From contig JAYEKN010000094.1 in the NCBI GenBank assembly GCA_034661015.1, positions 1,631-50,478 on the forward strand: a DNA stretch of 48,848 bases. Reading direction: 5' to 3'. Below, piece after piece: positions 16,775-25,243 of the stretch; positions within the stretch are counted from its first letter, which is position 1; each line of letters opens with the position of its first letter. The DNA comes from Candidatus Cloacimonadota bacterium (GTDB taxonomy: Bacteria; Cloacimonadota; Cloacimonadia; JGIOTU-2). The translations under genes and the position numbers were made by a program. The notes under the pieces were generated by a model that saw nothing but the letters and a program-made list of their open reading frames with translations, made no database searches and was not told the DNA's origin.

Positions 16775-18917
16775 CTATTTCCTCACCATTTTTATTTGTT
16801 TCTGTGTCTTTAATATCGGAATTTCCTTCGGGGTGAAGGGAGGGGATTGAAATCATCCCAATTGATTTTATATCAGTCGTAGGGGGAAGTTCGCCATAGG
16901 AGAGGACTATAACTCCATCGTACAAAGATGATATCAGCTTGGAAACAAATCGTCTGATATTCGGAGCGACCATAAGAATGGGTTTAATATTCTTCTGTTG
17001 AGATTGCAATACAACTTTTTCTATTTCAACCAAGAATTCATTCGCGATATTTGGATGTAAACTCGGATGTGCATTTTTGATAGCTGCCTCCTGCAATGAT
17101 GCCCCGATCTTTTTCTCCAATTTGCTATCCAAAATAAACGTGATTATTTCATTGTTTTCATTCATAAATCTTTGGACAATTGTTTCTTTCAATTCGGAGC
17201 GTATTTCTTCGGTTATCAATTCTGCATCCTGAGTTATTCTTAGCAATTCGGCAGCATTCTCAATAATCAAACCCAGATCATTTATTGGAATGTCTTCGGA
17301 GATTAAATATTTAATAATTTTTTGAAGGAGGCTAAATGAAACTGGTTCCGGAATCGTATCTTCAATCAGTTTTGGATTATCGGTCCGCAAATTTTCCACT
17401 AAATCGTTTACCAGATCGCGGGTAATAAATTTGAAAGCATATTGCTTTATGATTTCCATAAAATGTAAAATTAATATTTCTGAAGATGGGATTATTTTGT
17501 ATCCCTTTTCTTGTGCTTCCTTTTTTACTTCATCATTGATCCACAAAGCATTTGGGAAAAAAGTATTTTCATTTGCTTCAAAATGAATTTCGTCCAGCAC
17601 ATTATCTTCTTCGCGCAGTTCGTTCTCATCTCCTACGGGAGGAATAGCGAGAAAGTAATTTTCCTTTAAGGAAAAACGAGTAACTTCATTACCCCGAATA
17701 CTTATAGTGTAATCATTGGGATTCAATTTTATACTATCACGAATTCTAACTTTCGGCAAAATTATTCCCAAATCCATTGCGAGCTGTTTTCGGATAATTG
17801 GTATTCTGTCTTTTATACTGTTTGGATTTTCGTCAGAAACAAAATTCAATAGATTACTTCCGAGATCAATACTAATCGGATCAACTTGAATGTATGTTCC
17901 TACTAATTTGTCTTTTTCGGTTTTAACTACATCCATTCCTTCTGCAGGTGCCAAATCAATTTGTTGCAAATTTTTACGCCTAAAATATGCAATGCTTCCC
18001 ACAGTTATTGAAATCAGGAAGAAGGGAATAAAGGGCATTCCGGGAATAATTCCAAAAAAGAATGCAACTCCTGAAACTATAAATAAAACTACTGGTTTTC
18101 TTGTAAGTTGTTCTATAATACCTGATGCAACATTCTGTTCTGTAGGAGTTTTGGTTACCAATAAACCAGCTGATGTAGAAATGACCAAAGCCGGAATTTG
18201 GGTAACAAGTCCATCCCCTACCGTTAGTGTGGTGTAAGTCTGGAGAGCTTCCTGAAAAGAAAATCCTTTTTGGAAAACACCAATTGCCAAACCAGCAACA
18301 ATATTTATAAGTGTAATTACGATACCGGCGATTGCATCTCCCCGGATAAATTTACTTGCTCCATCCATTGCTCCGAAAAATTCGGACTCTTCAGATATTT
18401 TTTTTCTACGCTCTCGCGCTTCATTTTCATCGATCAAGCCATTATTTAGGTCTGCATCAATTGCCATTTGCTTGCCGGGTATCGAATCGAGAGTAAAACG
18501 AGCGGCAACCTCGGATATGCGGGTGGCACCTTTGGTGATAACAATAAAATTTATGACAATAAGAATGATGAAAATCATAAAACCTACAATATAATTTCCT
18601 TTGATGACAAAATCCCCGAAAGTGTGAATTATATTTCCGGCATCCGCATCACCCAATATCAATCTGGTGGAAGATACATTCAGGGATAACCTGAATAGAG
18701 TAATGATGAGAAGCATACCCGGAAAAAAAGAAATTTCCAGAGGTTTGTGGATATAAATTACCGTAATAAAAATCGTAATGGATAAAGTTATGTTCAAAGC
18801 GAGTGCAACGTCTAAAAACGATGGTGAAATTGGCAAAATCAGCATAATCACAATTCCAAGAATTGCAATGCTAATCAGAACATCAATTCGTGCTTTTAAC
18901 AATCTTATCAGATCCAT
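16764..18917 (-). CDS. flhA: Flagellar export gate protein FlhA
   Basis: 717 aa. N-terminal polytopic domain with FPGMLLIITLFRLSLNVSSTRLIL, GAMDGASKFIRGDAIAG and TVGDGLVTQIPALVISTSAGLLVT, plus a large cytoplasmic C-terminal domain. Confidence 0.96.
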   Translation of the reverse strand: MDLIRLLKARIDVLISIAILGIVIMLILPISPSFLDVALALNITLSITIFITVIYIHKPLEISFFPGMLLIITLFRLSLNVSSTRLILGDADAGNIIHTFGDFVIKGNYIVGFMIFIILIVINFIVITKGATRISEVAARFTLDSIPGKQMAIDADLNNGLIDENEARERRKKISEESEFFGAMDGASKFIRGDAIAGIVITLINIVAGLAIGVFQKGFSFQEALQTYTTLTVGDGLVTQIPALVISTSAGLLVTKTPTEQNVASGIIEQLTRKPVVLFIVSGVAFFFGIIPGMPFIPFFLISITVGSIAYFRRKNLQQIDLAPAEGMDVVKTEKDKLVGTYIQVDPISIDLGSNLLNFVSDENPNSIKDRIPIIRKQLAMDLGIILPKVRIRDSIKLNPNDYTISIRGNEVTRFSLKENYFLAIPPVGDENELREEDNVLDEIHFEANENTFFPNALWINDEVKKEAQEKGYKIIPSSEILILHFMEIIKQYAFKFITRDLVNDLVENLRTDNPKLIEDTIPEPVSFSLLQKIIKYLISEDIPINDLGLIIENAAELLRITQDAELITEEIRSELKETIVQRFMNENNEIITFILDSKLEKKIGASLQEAAIKNAHPSLHPNIANEFLVEIEKVVLQSQQKNIKPILMVAPNIRRFVSKLISSLYDGVIVLSYGELPPTTDIKSIGMISIPSLHPEGNSDIKDTETNKNGEEIDAS

Positions 18918-18951
18918 ATTCTGAAAATCCTTTCTTTTTCTAACTTAACAA

Positions 18952-18967
18952 AGCAATTATCTTGCCA
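18952..18967 (-). promoter_or_regulatory. Sigma-54 (-24/-12) promoter for the flhA operon
   Basis: The reverse complement reads TGGCAAGATAATTGCT, with GG-N10-GC spacing and a TGGCA...TTGC consensus. The -12 element is about 35 nt upstream of the flhA ATG (18917). Confidence 0.75.
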
Positions 18968-19007
18968 AAACTAATTTTTGTGTAAAATATCCAACACTTT
19001 GACATTT

Positions 19008-19023
19008 TGGCAGGATTTTTGCT
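19008..19023 (+). promoter_or_regulatory. Sigma-54 (-24/-12) promoter for the flgJ-like/cheY/cheZ unit
   Basis: TGGCAGGATTTTTGCT, with GG-N10-GC spacing. It lies 40 bp from the divergent flhA promoter and implies a leader of about 185 nt before the ATG at 19218. Confidence 0.7.
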
Positions 19024-19217
19024 AAATCATACTAATAATGAAATATATAAGTCAAGAAATGGAATATATGATTAAAATGCCTTTAGAACGAATGATTTGT
19101 ACACATGGTTCGATATTCAGCAAACTTTTATCAAGAGGAAATTATTTCCTTGAATGTGGAAATAATGAATAATTCTTTCCTTATTATTCTCAAAATCATG
19201 AAAGATTAGGTTAAATA

Positions 19218-20066
19218 ATGATCGTTGAAAATTTACATAATCCGGCATCCGCATTAGTGGAAACAACTGATTTTCAATCCAAACAAAAAATAATGAGCAC
19301 TTGCAAAAAGTTTGAAGCAATATTTCTGAATCAAATGCTTCAGATGATGCAACAGAATGGCAAAACCGAAGGTGTATTTGGAAACTCCCATTCACTTGAT
19401 ATGTTTAACAGTATGCTCTATTCGAGAATAGCCGAACTGCTTGCAAATTCATCCCAAACAGGAATATCTTCCGAGATATATGAAAGCATCACAGGTGAAA
19501 TGCCAGATGCGAAATTGTTATCTAAATCTGATTCACCCTCACAGATAATATTTAATAAAATTAAAGAAAATTTTCAAACAGTTACAGATAAAATAGGATT
19601 GAATCCCAAAGATATTCACGTAACAGAAGCAATAATGACAAATTTTGAAAAGGCGATTAATAAAATTCTTAAACCGTATTTGGATATTATCAATGCATCG
19701 GCGAAGAAAAATGATGTAAATCCTAATTTAGTTAAAGCTGTAATTCTGCGTGAATCCGCCGGGAATCCTAATGCAATTTCACATGTGGGTGCAAAGGGAT
19801 TAATGCAACTGATGGACGGAACTGCAAAAGATATGAATGTAAAGAATGTATTTAATCCCAAAGATAATATAAACGGAGGAACAAAATATTTAGCGAAAAT
19901 GCTCAAAATTTTTAAATCAGATATTGATTCAAGTCTGGCAGCTTATAATGCAGGACCGAGAAATGTTCAAAAATATAATGGGATCCCCCCATTTAGGGAG
20001 ACGATAAATTATGTAAACAGTGTGAAAACAATTTTTAATAAATTAGAGGGGAATGATACTAAATGA
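19218..20066 (+). CDS. flgJ: FlgJ-like rod-binding protein fused to an SLT-family lytic transglycosylase domain
   Basis: N-terminal rod-binding motif KKFEAIFLNQMLQMMQQ. C-terminal SLT (GH23) motifs ILRESAGNPNAISHVGAKGLMQLM...AYNAGP. Confidence 0.85.
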   Translation: MIVENLHNPASALVETTDFQSKQKIMSTCKKFEAIFLNQMLQMMQQNGKTEGVFGNSHSLDMFNSMLYSRIAELLANSSQTGISSEIYESITGEMPDAKLLSKSDSPSQIIFNKIKENFQTVTDKIGLNPKDIHVTEAIMTNFEKAINKILKPYLDIINASAKKNDVNPNLVKAVILRESAGNPNAISHVGAKGLMQLMDGTAKDMNVKNVFNPKDNINGGTKYLAKMLKIFKSDIDSSLAAYNAGPRNVQKYNGIPPFRETINYVNSVKTIFNKLEGNDTK

Positions 20067-21220
20067 GTTCTGTGGAAAATATTGAAAATCAAGAGCAAGT
20101 TTTGAGAGTTTTCTTTCGCAGAATTGGGAATAAACTTACCGACGGTATGGTGGTCGTAAGTGAGAACCTAACGGTTATGTCTGCAAACCGCAGTTTTCAA
20201 AACATCTTCGGATTTAGTCAAAATGATATTCTTGGGAAAAAACTTATTGATTATTTAGTTTTCAAGAAGGATAGAGAAGAAATTAACGAATTATTTAATA
20301 ATATTCTTTTTGGTGAAACAATTGAAAATAAGAAGGTGATCTTAAAAGCAAGAGATGAAAACAAAACCGCTGTAACTGCAACCTATATTCCGGTTACTTT
20401 AGGCAGAAGAAGAAAAGCAATAATAATATTATACAAAAATATTACAGAATCTTTACAACTAATGCAAAAAAAAGTAGAAGCCGCAAGAATCAATTCCTTT
20501 GAAATTCTGTCGAGGGGTATAGTAACTAATCTACAAACCATTATGGCTAACACCAATAAATTCATTCAGCATGGTCTAAAATTTCTTCATAATCAAGAAA
20601 TTTCCAATAAGTTTTTCTATAATGCCACAATGTCCGTACAAGAATCGAATGTGCTGGTAAAAGAATATTTGGAATTTCTAAAAAACCGAGATTCTTTTGT
20701 GTTAAATTCAATTGAGAATATTGACCAACTTATAAAATTCAAACCTCCGGAGGCTTCCAATACGTATATTGAAACTACAGAAGATGTGGATGAATGGAAA
20801 AATTCAAATGCAAAAGTTTACGGAGAGGATGAAATGTTATCTCTTTACACATTGCGAAAAGCAAAACTTTTTGAAATGGTAAACCATCTTTTGAGCAAAT
20901 TAGAAAATATCCATGAAAGTGAAAATATTCTTATGGATCTTTCGAGAAAAAAGGTTGATAATAGAAATCCCATTGTTGGCCTTGATACAGGGGATTATAT
21001 AAAAATTACATTCTCATTATACAATATTGATTTGAATAGTAAGATTATTCAGAATACTATAAAAAATTTCACTCAACAAAAAAGAAACGTGAAAGATATT
21101 GACAAAGAATTCGGATCTATATATTCTATTGTAAAAAATCATATAGGATTTTTCGGAGCGATTTCATTGCCTGAAAATCAAGGAACAAATTTGTTCTTTT
21201 ACGTGCCAATATTTAATTAA
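20063..21220 (+). CDS. PAS-domain protein with a degenerate histidine-kinase-like C-terminus (no phospho-acceptor His; G1/G2 boxes degenerate)
   Basis: PAS region: MVVVSENLTVMSANRSFQNIFGFSQNDILGKKL. DHp-like segment FEILSRGIVTNLQTIMANT aligns with the H-box ITAGISHDFNNILNII of the kinase at 41572, with Thr155 in place of His. The tail YIKITFSLYNIDL...EFGSIYSIVKNHIGFFGAISLPENQGTNLFFYVPI aligns with the HATPase_c end but lacks DxGxG and GxGxG. Confidence 0.65.
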   Translation: MSSVENIENQEQVLRVFFRRIGNKLTDGMVVVSENLTVMSANRSFQNIFGFSQNDILGKKLIDYLVFKKDREEINELFNNILFGETIENKKVILKARDENKTAVTATYIPVTLGRRRKAIIILYKNITESLQLMQKKVEAARINSFEILSRGIVTNLQTIMANTNKFIQHGLKFLHNQEISNKFFYNATMSVQESNVLVKEYLEFLKNRDSFVLNSIENIDQLIKFKPPEASNTYIETTEDVDEWKNSNAKVYGEDEMLSLYTLRKAKLFEMVNHLLSKLENIHESENILMDLSRKKVDNRNPIVGLDTGDYIKITFSLYNIDLNSKIIQNTIKNFTQQKRNVKDIDKEFGSIYSIVKNHIGFFGAISLPENQGTNLFFYVPIFN

Positions 21221-21241
21221 ACTAAGAAAAGGAGAAGTAAT

Positions 21242-21613
21242 ATGTCTGAGACAAAATTCCTCATTGTGGATGATTCTGCAACTATGCGTCGAATCATAGG
21301 GAACTCTTTGAAGCGTTTGAAATACAGGAATTATGTAGAAGCTGCAAACGGTGTTGAAGCCTTGGAAAAACTTGGTGAAGAAAGTTTCGATGCTATAATT
21401 ACCGACTGGAATATGCCGGAAATGTCCGGGCTTGATTTCACAAAGAAAGTAAGAAGCACTGACAAATTGAAAACCATACCAATTCTTATGGTTACTACTC
21501 GTGGATTGAAAGAAGATGTTATTGATGCAATGAAAGCCGGTGTAAGCAATTATGTTGTCAAGCCTTTCACCCCCACTGTTTTAAAAGAAAAATTGGATAA
21601 GATCCTAAAATAA
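21242..21613 (+). CDS. cheY: Chemotaxis response regulator CheY
   Basis: 123-aa stand-alone REC domain: FLIVDDSATMRRI, ITDWNMPEMSG, MVTT, VVKPF. AAGGAG RBS. Confidence 0.92.
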   Translation: MSETKFLIVDDSATMRRIIGNSLKRLKYRNYVEAANGVEALEKLGEESFDAIITDWNMPEMSGLDFTKKVRSTDKLKTIPILMVTTRGLKEDVIDAMKAGVSNYVVKPFTPTVLKEKLDKILK

Positions 21614-21623
21614 AGGAGTGATA

Positions 21624-22358
21624 ATGGAAACAAATCAAAACGCAGACAAAGCAGCTTTAATCACCCAAAATTTTTGGGGTATTCTCACTAACATTTTGAA
21701 TACTGCAAATGAAGCCCAAGATAAATTTGCAGAAATCAAAGCTACCAAATCTGACAAAAATTATATTGAATTGGAAACGCTTTTTGAAATATTTGATTCT
21801 TTGACAAAACAGGTTAATAAACTTCCTCTGAGTATTGAGCAAGCTACCGAAACTATTAATACGATTGTGGATAGTATCCGCTTAAGCAGGGTTGGTATTA
21901 AAAATTCTGTGGATAGCATGCTGGAAAAAACCAGTGCGCAATTGGGTAAAGTAACAGATGCTACAGAAAGTGCTACGAATAATATTCTGGATGTTACAGA
22001 AAAACTGATGGATTCTCAAAATGGAATTATTGATAAATTAGAAGGAATTAAAGAAAATAAGGAAATTATTGATAATATAATTGAAATGATCAACGAAAAT
22101 CAGGATAACACTTTCCAGATTATGGATTTCCTCCAATTTCAAGACATAACGAATCAACAGATTCAAGGAATTTTGTCAGTGCTTAATGAAACTGAAAAAA
22201 AACTTGGTCACGTGCTCGTTATGCTTACAAACCTTGAGGGTAAGGACGGAGAAAAAATTCAAAAAGAAATTGAAGAAGAAACTATACACTTTGATAAGGA
22301 TGCCGAATTCAGAGATAAAAAGGATGCTCAAAAACTGATTGACGACCTTTTCGATTGA
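21624..22358 (+). CDS. cheZ: CheZ-family CheY-P phosphatase
   Basis: FQDITNQQIQGI matches the CheZ catalytic D-x3-Q motif (E. coli FQDLTGQ). The acidic C-terminal KLIDDLFD resembles the CheY-binding peptide. Long helical protein encoded immediately after cheY. I place the start at the ATG at 21624, 5 nt after AGGAG; the track starts at the GTG at 21618. Confidence 0.75.
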   Translation: METNQNADKAALITQNFWGILTNILNTANEAQDKFAEIKATKSDKNYIELETLFEIFDSLTKQVNKLPLSIEQATETINTIVDSIRLSRVGIKNSVDSMLEKTSAQLGKVTDATESATNNILDVTEKLMDSQNGIIDKLEGIKENKEIIDNIIEMINENQDNTFQIMDFLQFQDITNQQIQGILSVLNETEKKLGHVLVMLTNLEGKDGEKIQKEIEEETIHFDKDAEFRDKKDAQKLIDDLFD

Positions 22359-22374
22359 TTTTTTTTTGGCAGAA

Positions 22375-22420
22375 AACTTGGGTTAATCCCGCCAACCGGT
22401 GGATTAACTCAAGTTTTTAA
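22375..22420 (+). terminator. Rho-independent terminator after cheZ (same hairpin family as 2731-2776)
   Basis: aacttgggttaatcc / 11-nt loop / ggattaactcaagtt, followed by tttaa. Confidence 0.7.
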
Positions 22421-22490
22421 GAAGATTTATTGCTTGATCTTTTAATCGGAACTGTTGTATTTTCTTTTTTCGAAGAATAATATTCATTCA

Positions 22491-22529
22491 AAAAAAAAGA
22501 CCCACGAAAGTTGTGAGTCTTTTTTTTTA
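22491..22529. terminator. Bidirectional terminator (A-run, hairpin, T-run) downstream of the minus-strand response regulator gene
   Basis: aaaaaaaagacccacgaaagttgtgagtcttttttttt, 14 nt from the stop codon at 22543. Confidence 0.7.
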
Positions 22530-22542
22530 AATAAGGTAGATA

Positions 22543-23904
22543 TTACAAGCCCTTTTCTTTTTCGTATTCCTTGAGTTTATTTCTTAATGTTCTTGTTGTA
22601 ACACCCAGAATTTCTGCAACTTTTGATTTATTACCAGAGTATTTTTCTAAAGTTTGCAAAATTTTCATCTTTTCAAGTTCTGCTAAGGGAATATCTTTTT
22701 CCAGTACCTGATCCTCAGGTATATAAAAGGAGTTGTATTCCAGATTAAGATCATCTTGAGATATTTCATTATTTTTAGAGAATATGATTGCTTGTTCCAT
22801 CGTGTTTTCGAGTTCTCGAACATTTCCAACCCAATTGTGGTTTTTAAGCCTTGTAAGAGCACCATTTGAAAGCTGTTTTTTTTCCTTATCGTGTTCTATA
22901 CAATATTTATTGATAAAATGATCGGCTAAATAGGGAATGTCTTCTTTTCTTTTATTCAGAGAGGGTATTTTTATTGAAACCACATTCAAACGATAATAAA
23001 GATCCTCGCGAAATTTTTTTTCATTTAACAATTCTTTCAAATCAGTATTTGATGTTGCAATTACTCTCACATTCACTTTTATCGGTTTATTCCCTCCTAC
23101 TCTTGTGAATTCTTTCTCTTGAAGAAATCGCAATAGTTTCGCTTGCAGATCCAAACGCATCTCACTTATTTCATCAAGTAGGATTGTCCCCTTATCCGCA
23201 TACTCAAATTTTCCGATATGAGTCTTTGTGGCACCTGTAAATGCACCTTTTTCATATCCAAAGAGTTCACTTTCGATCAAATTTTCCGGCAAGGCAGCAC
23301 AATTCAATTTCACATAATTTTTATCAGCTCGATTACTATTAGTGTGAATTGCATTAGCGATGACTTCCTTTCCAGTACCACTTTTCCCCTGAAGAAGAAC
23401 AGTTGCAGAAGTTTTCGAGATTAGTTTAATGGTTTCAAAAATTTCTAACATAGCTGAACTTCTACCAATAATATTGCTGAAAGAAGAATGTTCCGAAAAC
23501 TTTTCTCGCAATAATTGATTTTCCATTTTTAAGGATTTGAAATGATCAACTTTCTGAAGAGTAATATCCAGTTTATTCCGCGAAAATGGCTTTTCTATAT
23601 AATCGAAAGCACCGCTCTTTATCGCATTAACTGCATCGGAGATTTTTGAATAAGCCGTAATTACAATGATTTCGGTATTTGGGCTGATTTTTTTTGCCTT
23701 TTTCAACAACTCCAGTCCGGACATACCGGGCATGCGAACATCGGAAATGATAACATCGTATTCCGTGTCTTGTATCATTTCTATTGCTTTCTCTCCACTA
23801 TTTGCAGAAAAAATATCAAAATCATAATGTTCTAAAATCAAGCGAAGAGCATCAAGATTCATTTCTTCATCATCTACCAATAAGATGTTATTAATATAAT
23901 TCAT
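22543..23904 (-). CDS. Sigma-54-dependent response regulator, NtrC family (FlgR/FlrC/FleR-like)
   Basis: REC domain (LLVDDEE...ISDVRMPGMSG). AAA+ domain with GKSGTGKE, the ESELFGYEKGAFTGA sigma-54 contact loop, and VRVIATSN. C-terminal Fis-type HTH KSKVAEILGVTTRTLRNKLKEY. Confidence 0.93.
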   Translation of the reverse strand: MNYINNILLVDDEEMNLDALRLILEHYDFDIFSANSGEKAIEMIQDTEYDVIISDVRMPGMSGLELLKKAKKISPNTEIIVITAYSKISDAVNAIKSGAFDYIEKPFSRNKLDITLQKVDHFKSLKMENQLLREKFSEHSSFSNIIGRSSAMLEIFETIKLISKTSATVLLQGKSGTGKEVIANAIHTNSNRADKNYVKLNCAALPENLIESELFGYEKGAFTGATKTHIGKFEYADKGTILLDEISEMRLDLQAKLLRFLQEKEFTRVGGNKPIKVNVRVIATSNTDLKELLNEKKFREDLYYRLNVVSIKIPSLNKRKEDIPYLADHFINKYCIEHDKEKKQLSNGALTRLKNHNWVGNVRELENTMEQAIIFSKNNEISQDDLNLEYNSFYIPEDQVLEKDIPLAELEKMKILQTLEKYSGNKSKVAEILGVTTRTLRNKLKEYEKEKGL

Positions 23905-23909
23905 GCTTG

Positions 23910-25214
23910 CTAAATTCCTTTTTCGTTATCTGAAAAATCTACTTTCTGGATAATTGGTAATTCTATTTCAAATGTTGTTCCGTTTTGCGAATCGCTATTC
24001 ACTTTGAAAGTGCCTTTATGATTTTCGACTACCTTTTTTGCAAACGTCAATCCTAATCCTATTTTGTTGGGGTATGTTGAGAAAAAGGGATCAAAGATAT
24101 AACTCATATTTTTCTTTTCAATCCCCCCACCTGTATCATGGATAAATAAAGAGCAACAATTTTTCCAACTATCATAATTTGCATTTATCACAATTTTTCC
24201 GGAATGCACAATTGAGTCAATAGAATTGCTAATAATATTAGTAATTGCTTTTTTCATTGCAAAAATATCAATTTCCAGAAACAGATTTTTTTGACCAATA
24301 TTATTAACAAATTCAATCCGCTTTTCGCCAAAATTTTCTGTTTGAAGCTTGCTATTAGTCTGAGATCCCCTCTTCGAATTTTTCAATCCCTGAATTACAT
24401 AAGTGATTACTTTCATAAGATCGTAGCGAACAAAAGTGGGTTCTGCAAATTTTTCGAATTCGATTACAGATTTGATGATTTCATCTATTCTAGTAAGTCC
24501 TTTTCTGCTCTTTTTTAGCATGTTAGCAGCTTGGGGATTATTTTTATTACAATCCATACAAGCCAGTTCCTCGAGATAAGTAGAAATTCCAAGAAGAGGA
24601 TTTTTGATTTCATGAGAAATATTTGACATCATCAAATTGAGCGAAGTTTCGTTTTGACTTTGAAACTGTTGCTTTTGCTTTTTGTGAATTTTTGTAACAT
24701 CATAGCAAATTTGGATCACACCCAGCCAATTATCAAACATACTGTTTTCATCATCGGAAAAAATGCAGATGTTGCTATATTCCATAAAATTCTCTTTATA
24801 AATTACAGATTCCTTTGTAATATTTTTTTCAGAAGTAAAAGTTTGTTGCAGATTAGTAATTTCAAACCAACTATTTAAAATTTCTTCACCATTATATCCA
24901 ATAAGTGACTTGGCATCCTTTTCAAAAAAATTTACAGCAAAGCAATTTACGAATACTATCTCTTTTTTCGGATTGTAAACAATTATTGCAACATCAATAT
25001 TATCAATAATTTGTAATAGATAATTTTTTAAAACAAGATTTTTCTGCAACGATTCCTTGAGCTCTTGGTTTTGATTCTCAAATTCATCTCGTAAACCATC
25101 AAAACTTTTTTCCAATTTTCTGTATAACAATTGCCAACTATTAGAATTTTTTTCAAAACTCTTGAAGGCTTCAAGGAGTGGAATAATCCCGTCTTTTAGC
25201 AACTCTTTGTCCAT
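23910..25214 (-). CDS. Cytoplasmic PAS sensor histidine kinase (FlgS/FlrB/FleS-like partner of the NtrC-type regulator)
   Basis: No TM helix. H-box MSNISHEIKNPL, N-box ITNIISNSIDS, G1 IHDTGGGI, G2 IGLGLTFAKKVV. Ends 6 nt upstream of the regulator gene. Confidence 0.9.
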   Translation of the reverse strand: MDKELLKDGIIPLLEAFKSFEKNSNSWQLLYRKLEKSFDGLRDEFENQNQELKESLQKNLVLKNYLLQIIDNIDVAIIVYNPKKEIVFVNCFAVNFFEKDAKSLIGYNGEEILNSWFEITNLQQTFTSEKNITKESVIYKENFMEYSNICIFSDDENSMFDNWLGVIQICYDVTKIHKKQKQQFQSQNETSLNLMMSNISHEIKNPLLGISTYLEELACMDCNKNNPQAANMLKKSRKGLTRIDEIIKSVIEFEKFAEPTFVRYDLMKVITYVIQGLKNSKRGSQTNSKLQTENFGEKRIEFVNNIGQKNLFLEIDIFAMKKAITNIISNSIDSIVHSGKIVINANYDSWKNCCSLFIHDTGGGIEKKNMSYIFDPFFSTYPNKIGLGLTFAKKVVENHKGTFKVNSDSQNGTTFEIELPIIQKVDFSDNEKGI

Positions 25215-25243
25215 TTTATGCTCTTTCCATTTGCGATTCGTTC

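Noticed and set aside
19038-19172. 44-aa small ORF (MKYISQEMEYMIKMPLERMICTHGSIFSKLLSRGNYFLECGNNE) in the long leader between the sigma-54 promoter and the flgJ-like gene
   Set aside because: The ATG would lie only about 5 nt from the predicted transcription start. There is no Shine-Dalgarno sequence and no recognisable family, and ORFs of this size arise by chance in AT-rich DNA. It is worth keeping in mind only if ribosome profiling or conservation supports it.
19117-19395. 92-aa minus-strand ORF overlapping the start of the flgJ-like gene
   Set aside because: It is antisense to a well-supported gene and to its leader, has no motifs, and would run into the divergent promoter region.
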